The notes beneath the pieces were generated by a model. The model was given only the letters and a program-made list of their open reading frames with translations, did no database searches and had not been told where the DNA came from. From the human T2T-CHM13v2.0 reference genome, Homo sapiens: 64,000 nt of DNA. Positions 1 to 12,795 of the stretch are shown one piece after another. The stretch is taken from assembly GCF_009914755.1 (NCBI RefSeq), contig NC_060937.1; one strand, given 5' to 3'. The position numbers were made by a program, and so were the translations under genes. Position 1 is the first letter of the stretch. Each line of letters begins with the position of its first letter.

Positions 1-234
1 ATGGGCCATATTTGTCATAGTATCATATGCCTTAATACTTACAGGTAATCTTATTGTGGATGCAAAGTAACAAGGAAAAAGGAATACTAAGCAAATGGAG
101 ATCAATGTCAGTTTAGATGTGACACAGTGGATTTATATATCCACCACTGATAGCCCTAGACCCTTCTTTCCCATTCTCTCCCTAATCTATTTCTTTAAAT
201 GTGGTAGTAAATATCACTTTTTAAATTTTCCTTT

Positions 235-660
235 TTCTTTCTGCTTGCCCAGCATCTATTCCCCCCTGATTTCTAGTAAAAAATTATTCTTTTACTCTGG
301 AACTTCCCCTCAAACCAAGTGTGACAGTAAATATAATAACCCATATTTGCCAACACAATGGAGGAAAGGTGGCCCAAACATGGTCACAGTGATCACCAAG
401 AGTGCCTATGGAAGCCCTTTGGCATGTTCGAACTATATTTATGGATGTCTACTACCCATGTGATACTGTCTGTGAACTCAACGTCATCCTAGTTCAATTG
501 AGGGCAAGATAAGGATATGAATATAGACTTTTTTTCTGTTAGATTAGCTCAAAACACAAAAGATCAGAGGGATATTCAAGCCCTTGGTTTGAGTTATACC
601 TAAAACCAGCCACCTCTCTGAATTTTACATCACTTATTCAGTGTCCAATAATTGAGAGTA
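235..660 (+). mobile_element. Degraded ERVL/MaLR-type LTR (LTR33-like)
   Basis: ctgcttgcccagcatctattccccc...ttctagtaa resembles the LTR33 5' part. aagcccttggtttgagttatacctaaaaccagcc...gaattttacatcac...ccaataa resembles the ERVL LTR 3' part. From recalled consensus only. Confidence 0.45.
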
Positions 661-2265
661 CACAGGTTTTACGTGTACAATGCTTTAATAAATATCCATA
701 AAAGATATGGCACAACAGAGAAAAGACAGAGCAGGCAATTAGGGAGAGATTAATACACTGCCATGCACTGCTCATTCGGGTCCTTTCTCAGCTACAGTGG
801 ATGTTCTTTGTCTTTGAATAATGAGCCCCTGTGATCAGTAAGACATACCTCGGTTTTAGGTAAGCTAGCTTCCTGGAATAAGCCTATTGAGGAGTCTCTT
901 AATATCCACATGTTCATGTAACTAAAGCTAGGCTGATAAGCAGTTGAACCAGAAAGAACCATTAATCTATACTTCCCTAAACAAGATAAGCAAGCAAGTA
1001 CACAGAGCCTCCAAGGGAACTTCAAATTTTACATCACAATTCTATTGTCCAAATATATACTCAAAATATTCTCAATAAGCATTCAATGACAGCAAGCAGC
1101 AAGTGTGGATAAACCAATACTGGCCAAAATGCTCTAAGAGAGAGTGGGACAAAATTGGCACATCTATTGTCTTATGAAAACCAAACATGTCTTTACTGAA
1201 AAGAAGTATTCTGAAGAAAAAGACTTATTGGCTCATAATGGACACTTAGAAGGGTCTTCTAAAAGCGAGGGACAGGATGGCAAAGACCTCTGTAGATACT
1301 ATGGTTTAAAATAATAGATAAACAGACTCAACAAGTAGTTCATGATGCTAAGAAAAAGGAGTGAAACAGAGAATGCACACTGACCCAAGAGACTCTAACA
1401 AGTATGATCCTCCAGAAAGGAGCTAAGGAAGCCCAAGGTCGATGGTGTAGGATGTTGGCAGTGAGAGCACCAGGAATAAATTCATGAGAGAAGTAAGGTC
1501 CCCCAGGTGAAGTCAATGGGAATTTCTAAGTGGAAAAATGTAATTAGCACAGGTGCTCTCTAACTGCCAGGCCTCACAGATAAATACAAAAGAGATTTAC
1601 CAAATAGTGCAGAAAATTGGGATTAGAAAGCTATTTAACTTACTAGGATTTTACTGAAGGGAGAAAGATGGGTATTACTTAAAGATAAAATACAACGCAA
1701 ACACTAGCAGTACAACCTTGCAGTATAAAATAAGCATGTGGCAGCGCCTGCAAGAGACTTGGGATCTGGAATAACATGAAACTTAGCCCTTGATTTATAC
1801 TTTAGCCCATGACAGTATTTGGTAAATGAACGGGGCTGATTTTGTTGGGAATTCTAAGAAAATACTAGCGACTTATTTTGTAATAATTTCAGTCTAACGT
1901 AACCACGGTTTATAGCCATCATTTTCAGTAACATGGGTGTAATTTTTACGATACAGTTGATTGGTTTTAAAATAATCTATGGCAATAGTTATGTCTGTAA
2001 TTAACAACAACAAAAAAAGGCTCTATGTTGCTTAGATCACCTTTTCCCTTTTTTGGTGGCAAATGTGGGTTTTTAGGTTTTCTGTCCCAATTTATTTGAG
2101 GAAGTATTTTAAAGTAAAAGAAGAATTACATTACTTGAAATCAGAGGAAGGGATTTGAGGCAGGCAGAAAACAATAAATAAAAACAGGTATCTACACAAC
2201 ATTCAAATAAACAGCCTGGCAGAGAATAGAATATAGAAGTCTAGGACATAAGGCTGAAAAAAATA

Positions 2266-2289
2266 TGTGTGTGTGTGTGTGTGTGTGTG
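2266..2289. repeat. (TG)12 microsatellite
   Basis: Direct read of the tgtgtg tract. Confidence 0.95.
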
Positions 2290-2511
2290 CATGTGTAATG
2301 AGCCAAAAGTTAACAATTAATATGAGACCAAATGAGATCACGCAGGAGAGTAGAACAGCTAGAGAAGGCAAAAGGGGCCAGGACCTAGGATTCCTTACAG
2401 CAGAATGATTTGTACTTGAAATCCAGAAGTTTTACACACTTTTGAGAGCTCTAGACATCTGGATTCTTGTTAGATTATGTACTCCAACCAATCTCATAAA
2501 AATGTCAGTGA

Positions 2512-2820
<309 letters not shown>

Positions 2821-4467
2821 GTCAGTGATAACAAAACCAAAGAAAACTAGTAAAACTGTACTTAGAGCTTTTAATTAATTAAGAATCAACTGAATTCATT
2901 AAATTTATAGAACCCAGTTCTATAGACAAGATTTAATAGCCAAAATGTGTCACGCAGAGATATTCTATTGCATTTTCTTCCAAGAATAAAATTGTCAAAA
3001 CATATAGTATATGTTCCACTATGTTCTCTAATAAAGTAATTACAAAAATGTAACTCTAATAAAGCATACCAATTTCACAGAAATAACAGTTTATTTCCTA
3101 TGTGGCCAAAATCAAAATAGGTCATCAGTGAGAACATAAAGATTATAAAATACTACCTATATAATCCAGGTTTTAAAATTTTTACTATTAATAATAATAA
3201 TTATTATTTTGCACTTTCAAAAGAGAATTATGGGCTAAACAGACACACAGATAACGGAATTGCAGCGAAATATAGTTTTGTGCATCATCTTTAATAGTTA
3301 CATAATTAGAGTAAGTATGACTATGTATGTATTTAATCTTATATTAGAATATTGGTAGTGGCCAAGCAACTATATTTTAAAATTAATATATGGGTTTCCA
3401 TTTCTGATTTTATAAGATATTTTCATAAAGATTATTATCTTTTAAGACAAAATTCAAGTAAGTCGAACAGTGGAAATGAATGGAAGAAAGTAAAATCCAT
3501 AGGGAAAGTTTTACAATATATGGAAAGATGGGAATAGTCACTTTAGCAAAGCAATATATCCATTTTATTTTGATTTCAATGATAGAAAAATCTCAGGACA
3601 ACATTTCACCACTTTATGGTAACATATAAGAAAGTTGTCTATAGTAATAATTACATCATTTATCAGGACTTCAGTTTTCAAAAAAATAGCTATTACATAA
3701 AATAGTAGGTAATAATAGGAAATAATTTCACTGCTAATCCATTTTTTAATGTTAAAATTATAAAGCATTGAATGCATTGTCTACATTCACCTAGAAATTA
3801 AATAGGAATGAAATATTTGGCTTAATAAAATTGCCAAATCATCTTTTACCTTCAAATTCATAATTTTAAAATTATTAGATTCTGTTCAGTAGCTTTTGAT
3901 AACTGCATTAATCTTCAAGTTTTCATATTGGGAGACTGATCTTTCTAAAATAATAAATTCCCCTTGGCTAATATAGTCTCTACAGCATACCTAGCTCTGT
4001 GCCAAGGCAATGGGTAAGTTGGGAGAGGCTCTCAATTGCCTCTTAGAGAACAATTTAATAAAGATGCCATTCTTAGAAAAGTACAGGGCAATAAACTATA
4101 ATGGGCTGTGTAGTTTGACCCGTTCTCAGCGCCTTTGTTGTAGGCATGAGAGCGGGACATGAGGGGCCACCTGAGCTCATCCTGAACGACAGATAAGACT
4201 TGGTTAGGCACAGAGGAGTGATATAATCAAGGTCTCACCACAAATCCATGTTAGACAAATATTATTTATTTTATTACTGTTGAAGCTAGAAAAAGCCAAA
4301 GTATTTTGGACTTCAGTTTGTGGAAACTGAGCCTAGTATGATAGAGAGTGCTGGAGATTTGGAACCCAGAAACGTTCACTCAAAAGGCAAGGTCCTGCAG
4401 AATAAAGCATCTGTTGATTTGCAGTAGTCTCCATTTAAAATCCAAGATACGAGTGCAAGAGAGTAGT

Positions 4468-4578
4468 GCCTGTGTATATGTGTGCATCCATATGTGTGTT
4501 TACGCATGTTGGGCATACATATGTGTGTGGGTGTGTATATTTCTGTGTCTCTGTGTGCATGGCAGTGCGTGTGCATGC
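4468..4578. repeat. Degenerate (TG)/(TGTA) low-complexity tract
   Basis: Imperfect purine-pyrimidine alternation; source of the V/C/Y/H-rich ORFs at 4348-4703. Confidence 0.8.
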
Positions 4579-5089
4579 TTTTGAGGGTAAAAAGTCATCA
4601 TTTTAAAATAAGACATTTAATATTAATAATGCCAAAAGCCAAATTAAAAAATAAAAAATTTGGTAATACCTATATTATATATGTATCCATGTTATATATT
4701 TAGAGCCTTATTTTTAATTTTTTTATGATGTTAGAGACATTTAGTGGAAAATGGTTGTATACTTTGGGAAAATACAACCTGCCACTCATTTAACCCATCT
4801 TGAAATCACAATTCTTCATTTCTGAACATGAAAACTTAGATAGACATTTTCATGTCATACCCTTTTAGCACGCCTCATTTCTGAAAATGGATCTATGATT
4901 TAGCAAAAGGAGACTTAACAGATTCCAAATACTTTCTTTGTCACTTGGCAAAATAGGAAAAAAAATAACAATATTCCTAATAGCCTTCTGAAACTGCATG
5001 ATACCTCATATGAGCTTTATATTTATTCTAGATAAAAGAAAGGATACAGACCTCACACATGTGGAATACCACCTTCAAAAATACGTAAA

Positions 5090-5238
5090 GCCATGCGCCT
5101 GTGGTCTCAGTTACTCGGGAGGATTCGGCAGGAGGGTCACTTGAGACCAGGAGTTTCAGCTTACAGTGAGCTGTGACTGTGCCACTGCACTCTAGCCTGG
5201 GCAACGTAATGAGACATCATCTGTGAAAGGAAAAAAAG
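5090..5238 (+). mobile_element. Alu monomer (FRAM/FAM or AluJ right arm)
   Basis: gcgcctgtggtctcagttactcgggagg...cacttgagaccaggagtt...gccactgcactctagcctgggcaac followed by a short A-rich tail. Confidence 0.85.
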
Positions 5239-6159
5239 GCATGTAATAGTAAAGAGAGTATCCACCTCCCCTCCCTCTATTTAATTGATTGTTCTAGTAT
5301 ACTCTTGAAGGAAGTATATTCAAAGTGTGATATTAAGAAAGAGTTGCAAGCTTCATCTTACTCCTCTGGCCTTCAATCTAATTCCGTTGCTATTTCAAAA
5401 CCCTTCAAGGCTTTGTGGTAGGTAAACAGAGATAGATGTATTTTTGTTGTTCATTCTTTTCTCTGTCAAGATCACTACATACTGCACAAAGAAAGCCACT
5501 TAAAACACAGATGAAGAAACAGACTGAATAAAAAATATATGACCCAAGATTAAAATACTCTCCTCATTGAAAAAAGTAAAAACAGAAAAACAATTGTAAT
5601 ACTTAAGTGATACTTTGTTGAAGATAAGATGCCTGAGATTGTGTGTATTTTATATATATTTGATTAAATTTCTAAATATTTGCAAATGCCATTCTGAGCA
5701 CACACTGTATAAATTTTAACTTTCTTGTAGAGTACATAGCTAACATGCACAATTAGATCAGCATGCATGCATACACATCCCCAGAGGTCCACATATTTAA
5801 AAACTTGTTAAGAAGTACAAGCCAGTCTTCTGCTGGAGTCTGAGATTTACACGGGTTAACTCTGCACTTCAAAGAAAATATAGCCTAAACAGCTATCAAA
5901 TCCAAACTCTGAAAAATGGTGACAGACCCTTTAGCAGTATACATATTTCCGGTTTTTTAATCCCTTTTAAAAATCACAAATATATTTTTATTTTTATTGT
6001 ACTTATTTTAGTTAAGATATAAAGGTTAGATCATTTAACTGATAGAGAACACATTGCAAGACATTTATAATCACAGCAATACTTGTTGATGGAGTCGGTG
6101 GCCACGTTAGCAGATTGTAGGAGTTCACCTTGCCTTTGATGTCTGTAATGTTTATTTAA

Positions 6160-6440
6160 ATTTTTATGCACCAATATTCAGATATAATTCACATACCATA
6201 AAATTCTTTCTTTAAAGTATATAATTCAGTGTTATTTTTAGTGGACTCATAGAGTTGTGTCACCATCACTATTGCCTGCTTTTAGAATATTTTCATCACC
6301 CTCCAAAGAAACCCATATTCCCAGGCAGTCAATCCACATTTGCTCCTCCCCACCAGCCCCCGAGCACCACTTAGTTACCTTCTGACTCTATGGATTTGCC
6401 TAGTCTAGATATTTCATATAAAAGGAATCATTTAATGTAT
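6160..6440 (-). mobile_element. L1MB-type 3' end fragment
   Basis: gatataattcacataccataaaatt...ttttagaatattttcatcaccc...tatggatttgcc...atttcatataaaaggaatca is the antisense 3' UTR of L1MB7/8-like elements. Confidence 0.8.
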
Positions 6441-7711
6441 CCAGAAAGCAGAATATTTCTAATTTAAATATGACCATTAAATAACAAAGTCTATTTTTTA
6501 AAAAATCTTAGACAAATAGGTCATTATATAAAAGGTGTTTACAAAAATTTCTGACACCAGAAGAACTGATTACACTAAGACACATGTTATAGATATATGT
6601 TGATATAGATCTAAAAAGGTCTATTTACTTTTTCTCCTTTGGGAATAATTCTCCTTTGGGAATGTTAGTTATTACTTTTGAATCTTTAAATTGAATGAAA
6701 TATTTTTCTGAGTGATGCTACTCACCCTGTTTGCTGGTAGAGCTTAAAGAAGGCCATATTTTTATAATTATTGCCTAATTCTTGCAGACAAATTTTTATG
6801 AGAGATAGATTAATATTTTCATAAGGAGAGTAAACTTTTAAATTATTTTAGAAAAATCCAATGCTCAAATTTAATAATTTCAGAATATGGAATAGTTATG
6901 CTAGATTAATTAATGTCACATATACATTTTATCTATATGTAACTCAAGTATTAGTAGCAACACTCTAATCTTGTTCTTTTGATGAATTCCATGTATTTTT
7001 CAGGGTTTACTTGCTCATGGGCATTTTGGTCTACGAATTCCAGCTTCCACAAGGTGTCCTCAATATTATCACATTCCCCATAACTGTTCCCGATTCTGTA
7101 CATCCTGTTAATTCAGATAGATTACTTTATCTTTTGGCTTTGATTTTATAACGTTCCACTTATATCAAGCATAGGAAAGGTGAAGGGAGTTCACATTTAA
7201 AGTAACGAAGCCAACTTAAAATTGAATACTTAACTTACCTCTTACTTTACAGCCTGTAAACCATTTCTATTTACTCGTGCTTTACATTACTAAATTCATC
7301 CTTCTTTTATTGCCTCTCTTTTCCTGGTCTGTGCCCTTCACAAAAACAAAAGAAGGTAATGAAAAGAAAAAAAAAATTCCCATCTTATAGAAAAAAAATT
7401 AGCTCTTTCGATCACCAACTTTCAAGATATGAACTGCATATGAAAACATAACAAATCAAAACAAAAATGCACTTCATTTCATCCTTCCTAAACAATGAAG
7501 ATGTGCTCCAGTTCTCAACCTGTTCCTATCATTTCTGCAAAGAAAAGAGAAGACTATGAAGATAGCTGATGGCCCCTGCCTTTAAAGGGCAAATATGGTT
7601 ACAGCTAATTGCGTTTTTAAGTGAAAATTTATATGTTATTAATTTCTACTAAATTTTATTACAATTTTACTCCACTGTAATTATTTTATATTTGTTCTTT
7701 ACAAAGCAAAG

Positions 7712-8020
7712 TTTTTTTTGTTTGTTTGTTTGTTCGTTTTTGAGACAGAGTCTGGCTGTGTCTCCCAGGCTGGAGTGCAATGGTGCGATCTCTGCTCACT
7801 GCAACCTCTGTCTCCCAAGTTCAAGCAATTCTCTGCCTCAGCCTCCCAAGAAGCTGGGACTATAGGCACCCACCACCACACCCAGCTAATTTTTGTATTC
7901 TTAATAGAGACAGGGTTTCACCATCTTGGCCAGGCTGGTCTTGAACTCCTGACCTTGTGATCCACCCGCCTCAGCCTCCCAAAGTGCTGGGATTACAGGC
8001 GTGAGCCACAGCGCCTGGCC
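7712..8020 (-). mobile_element. AluS (AluSg7-like)
   Basis: Complete antisense Alu with (TTTG)n tail; caagcaattctctgcc and accatcttggcc diagnostics; TSD caaagcaaa at 7702-7710 and 8021-8029. Confidence 0.93.
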
Positions 8021-8783
8021 CAAAGCAAAAAGTTTATATTCAGATCTATGGCCAATTTTGTAATTATTTAGCAGCAATTAAGATAGGCTTCTGTGTTCAC
8101 ATTTAAATAATAGTTTAGTTTTACCTTACCTCTGTTCCATGTTGAATTTGTAAATCTTGTTAGGAACAAGAGAAAAACTCTATTACATAAATGTTTATGG
8201 CAAAATTATATAGAATGACTAATACTATTATATTCTTACAAACATTCACACTGATAAAGCCCATCACTATCTTGAAAAGGTAAATTCAGAGGAACCACAC
8301 AGTGACCCAAAGACAGAAACTGGAAATGCTCCAGCACACAGGGAGAGCAATCTTTATCTCTAACCTGATCCAGTTAGGAGATTTCAATTCCCCATACATC
8401 CAAAGCATTCTTAACTGGAAGTTCACAGTGGATTCAGTCAATTTGACATTGTACTGACAGTATATGCAAATCTTAATCTTATGGTCATTTGTTCTCAGAT
8501 AAAGGCTCATAGCTTTCAACATTTTTCAGATTATGGAATTAGCTTTTCAATGATTCAGAAACATTAGAATGACTGGGAACCACTGTTTTGAGAGACTGTC
8601 TTGCTATCAGAATGCAGGGTGGATAGGTTTCCTCTGGGAGTAAAATACATTCCGAATGGCAAGTAAAAAAAATTAAATTGCAAGTTTCAATTATTAGTAA
8701 CGCATATTGATTTTATTTTTCACACTTGGGATACATTTTAGTGAATTGGCAAATGGTTTAACAAAAAAATGCAAGTTGGTTTT

Positions 8784-9087
8784 CTGTTTTGTTTTGTTTT
8801 GTTTTGTTTTAAGACAGAGTCTCACTCTATTGCCCAGGCTGGAGTGCAGAGGCTTAATGCAACCTCTGCCTCCCAGGTTCAAGTGATTGTCCTGACTCAG
8901 CCTCTCAAGAGCTGGGACTACAGGCACCCACAACCACACCCGGCTAATTTTTGTGTGTGTGTGTTTTTAGTAGAGATACGGTTTCACCATGTTGGCCAGG
9001 CTGGTCTCAAACTCGTGACTTCAAGTGATCCACCCACCTCGGCCTCCCAAAGTGCTGGGATTACAAGCGTGAGCCACTGTGTCCAGG
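8784..9087 (-). mobile_element. AluS (Sx/Sz-like)
   Basis: Antisense Alu with (GTTTT)n tail; perfect TSD tgcaagttggtttt at 8770-8783 and 9088-9101. Confidence 0.93.
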
Positions 9088-9799
9088 TGCAAGTTGGTTT
9101 TAAATGATAATTACTTACAAAATTAAGGAATAAATTGCATCAATATCATTATGTAACAGTGGACACTAATGTCAATGAAGTCACTGATACTTTTCAGGCA
9201 GACAGTAGATAAACACCTATGAAGGGTTTAGGTAGTATTCTGAATTTGTAAGACAGATACATTTGATCCCCAAGGCCCATTCTAACTCCAAGATGTTCAG
9301 TAACTTCCAGGAATGTAATGATCATTGAGACTATTATTTTAAAAAATGTGTCCCATATTATGTTCCTCAAAAATTTTCAGCAGTCGCTGTTCAAGATAAA
9401 TTAACAGATAAATAAGTAACCAGTGAAATTGATTCTATGCCACCTAAAATTTATGATCTTTTCATTAAGTAGTCATGTATTGTCACTGGCAAATGTTCTA
9501 AAATGGCAAACATCATGAACGCTCACCCTCAGGACAGTTTTAAACACTGAATTCACATCTGAAGTGTATATGTTCACAATGAATATTTGAAAAATAAAAT
9601 AAGTAGATACTTTTGAGAGGCTTTTGATGTTCTGAACTGTTGCAACCTTCATATAAGATTCTATCCCTCCAGCTCTGCCCGAGTCTTGTCATTATTCAAA
9701 GTGAGTATCTGCTGCTTCTCTATAGAAGGCCTTGTTTCTTCCAGTCCAAGACTTTCATTCTCTTCACTACCTTCTCTAAGAAATGTTTGCCTTTACTTC

Positions 9800-10130
9800 A
9801 AAAACCTCTCTACTCTCTCATCTTCTAATTAACTTACAATCCCTTTTTTGTTAAGTTGATGCACTATTTTTTACACCCTTTATTCCTGCTAATGTTTTTC
9901 TTGTTTTACCTTTCCTACAGTTTGGTATTCCTCTTAGACCTGTAATTAAAATAACTTCTGAAGTCACATCACCCAAAGAAGGTTTCTCCATCAAATTGAA
10001 TAAATGTTGGTGATTCCCCACTAATATGATTCTGTTTTGATTTAACACCCCATTACACTTATTGCTTATCATTCCACATAATTAAACTTTGTGCTAAGCA
10101 AGCTATATCTTATTACCCTGTTGCAACACA
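9800..10130 (+). mobile_element. L2 fragment (highly degraded)
   Basis: CT-rich stretch with gtcacatcacccaaagaaggtttctcc, resembling the L2 3' region. Confidence 0.4.
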
Positions 10131-10479
10131 AAAAAAGTTTCAACTACCTTCCATACAAAAATCATCTCTACATGTTTTCCCAGTGAGTTTTTCCTGCTAC
10201 AAACAAAACTTATCTAGTTTTGTTTATGACATTATTTACATCATCTAGTTTAAAACTGTTTCACTAATTACACATGCAACCAAACTCCTTCAGTGTGACA
10301 CAGAAATTTTCAAAGCATTATGAGCCTAAATTGAATGTAATCTGTCAAGTTGGTCTACCTTCAAACAGAATGAAACTAGACTATCTTATCTTTCATCTCT
10401 GATATATATTTCTAATGATGCATTGTGTGACCCAATTAGGTATTTAAATGGTCATATTCCACTATTCTATTGACCTATA

Positions 10480-10632
10480 TTCAAATTTCTTTTACTTAGA
10501 GATCAAACAATAGGATTTTTGCAATCCGAATCTTGTATCCAAATTATTCATTATTTCTCTCATAGGTTTTAATAATTTACAAATTTGATGACCATTCATT
10601 TTAAATCTTACTTGAGTTGCTAAAAAGGTTAA
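10480..10632 (-). mobile_element. L3/CR1 LINE fragment (left flank of the L1PB)
   Basis: gatttttgcaatccgaatcttgtatccaa...tttacaaatttgatgaccattc...gagttgctaaaaaggttaa resembles the antisense CR1 RT region around KFADD; continues at 16917. Confidence 0.6.
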
Positions 10633-11728
10633 GAAGGATTAAGATGTTGGATAGGAGATAGGATTAGCTTATAGCTCCCACTCGGATGGGCAGAGCATCA
10701 CGTGGAGACTCACAGACTGAACTTTTGCTCCAAGAACTACCACAGGAATGTACCAAGAAAGTTAAGAGAATCCACAGACCCTTTGAAGAAACTGGATCAC
10801 TGCTACAGGCTCCCTGAGACACCGAAAACCTGTAAGTCTGCTTTCTTTCTCAGTGGGGAGGCTCATGATTTGGGGTAAGTTCTCAGCCCTGGTGATGGGC
10901 TACCTGGAAATAGACTTGCTGCTGTTGTGGGGATGTACAGTGTTAGTGAGACCAGCCTTTAAGACTGCAAGCTATGTGGGAGTGGGGTGAGTCCTGTGAC
11001 TGCCAGCTTTCCCCCACCTTCCTGGTGACCTGCATGACTCAGCAGAGGCAGCCATAATCCCCTTGGGAATATAACTCCACTGGACTGGGAACCACACCCT
11101 CATGCCCCACAGCAGCCACAGTAAGCCCTAAGGAGAGGCTGAACTCAGACACTCCTACCTCTGCTGTCACCTGGCGGTCTTTCTCTACCCGACCTGGTAG
11201 CCAAAGACAAAGGTCATAATCTCTTGGCAGCGCTAAGGCCCTGCCCACTGCCTGAGAAACACAAATACTTAACCAGGTATCCCCATGGCAAACCTGTAGC
11301 CTTCTTATAGGGCCACAGTGATGCACTCTTGAAAGTGCCACCTCCTGGCTGGAGGCCAACCAGCACAAAACCAGTACACTAAACGAAAACACAACCAAAG
11401 ACCTTCATAGAGTTCACTTCACTTCCCTGCTGCCTCCACCAGAGCAGCTGCTGGTATCCATGGCTGCAAGACCTGAGACAGGTCGCATCGCAGGATACGA
11501 TCTTTGTAGTGTTTTTGTAGACACTCCCCAGTACCAGCCTGGGGCCTGGTAGCTCTGCTGGATGGCTAGACCCAGAAGAGCAAAAACAATCACTACAGTT
11601 CAGCTCTCAGGAAGCCTCATTCCTAGGGGAATGGGGAGAACACCACATCAAGGGAGCACCCTGTGGGACAAATAACCTAAACAGCAGCCCTTGAATCCCA
11701 GATTTTCCCTCTGACATAGTCTACTCAA

Positions 11729-12722
11729 ATGAGAAGGAACCAGAAAAAGAATTATGGTAATATGACAAAATAAGCTTCTTTAACACGCGAAAGATCATAC
11801 CAGCTCACCAGCAATGGATCTAAACCAAGAAGAAAACTCTGAATTGCCAGAAAAAGAATTCAGAAGATTGATTATTGAGCAAATCAAGGAGGCACCAGAG
11901 AAAGGTGAAATCTACCTTAAATAAATAAAGGATATGAAATCAAAATTCTTCAGTGAAATAGCACAGATTAAAAACAATCACGACTTCTGGAAGTCAAAGA
12001 CACATTTAGAAAAATGCAAAATGCACTGGAAAGCCTCAGCAATTGAATAAAACCAGCAGAAAAAATAAATTCAGAGCTTGAAGACAGGGCTTTCAAGTTA
12101 ACCCAATCTTTCAAAGACAAAGAAAAAAGAATTTTTAAAATGAACAATGCCTTCAAGAAGTTTGGGACTATGTTAAGTCCAAACCTAGGAATAATTGGTG
12201 TTCCCAAGGAAGAATAGAAATATAAATTTGGAAGATATATCTGAGGGAATAATTGAGGAAAACTTCTCTGGTCTTGCTAGATATCTAGACATTCAAATAC
12301 AAGAAGCTCAAAGAACACCTGGGAAATTCATTGCAAAAAGATCATTGCCTAGGCACATAGTCATCAAGTAATCTAAAGTCAAGACAAAAGAAATAATTTT
12401 AAGAGCTATGAAGCAAAGCATCAGGTAACCTATAAAGGAAAATCTGTCAGATTAACAGCAGATTTCTCAGCAGAAACCCTACATGCCAGAAAGGACTGGG
12501 GCCCTAATTTTAGCCTCCTTAAATGAAAGAATTATCAGCCAAGAATTTTGTATACAGCAAAACTAAGCTGCACAAATGAAGGAAAAATTCAGTCTTTTCC
12601 AGACAAACAAATGCTGAGAATTTGCCACCACCAAGCCAGTACTGCAAGAGCTGCTAAAAAGAGCTCTAAATCTTGAAACAAATCCTCAAAATACACCAAA
12701 ATAGAATCTCCTTAAAGCATAA
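11729..12722 (+). pseudogene. L1 ORF1p remnant (disrupted)
   Basis: ATG at 11729 (MRRNQKKNYGNMTK) followed at once by a stop; later L1 ORF1-like sequence (gaggaaaacttc...caagaagctcaaagaacacc; aagaattttgtat) with stops and frameshifts. Confidence 0.85.
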
Positions 12723-12795
12723 ATCTCACAGGACCTATAAAACAATGACACAATAATAATAATAATAATAAGGCATTCAGGCAACAAATAGAACG

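Noticed and set aside
95-463. 122-aa ORF
   Set aside because: F/S/P-biased, overlaps an LTR relic, no recognisable domain or exon structure.
6632-6663. 15-bp direct repeat ttctcctttgggaat
   Set aside because: Simple micro-duplication with no element between the copies.
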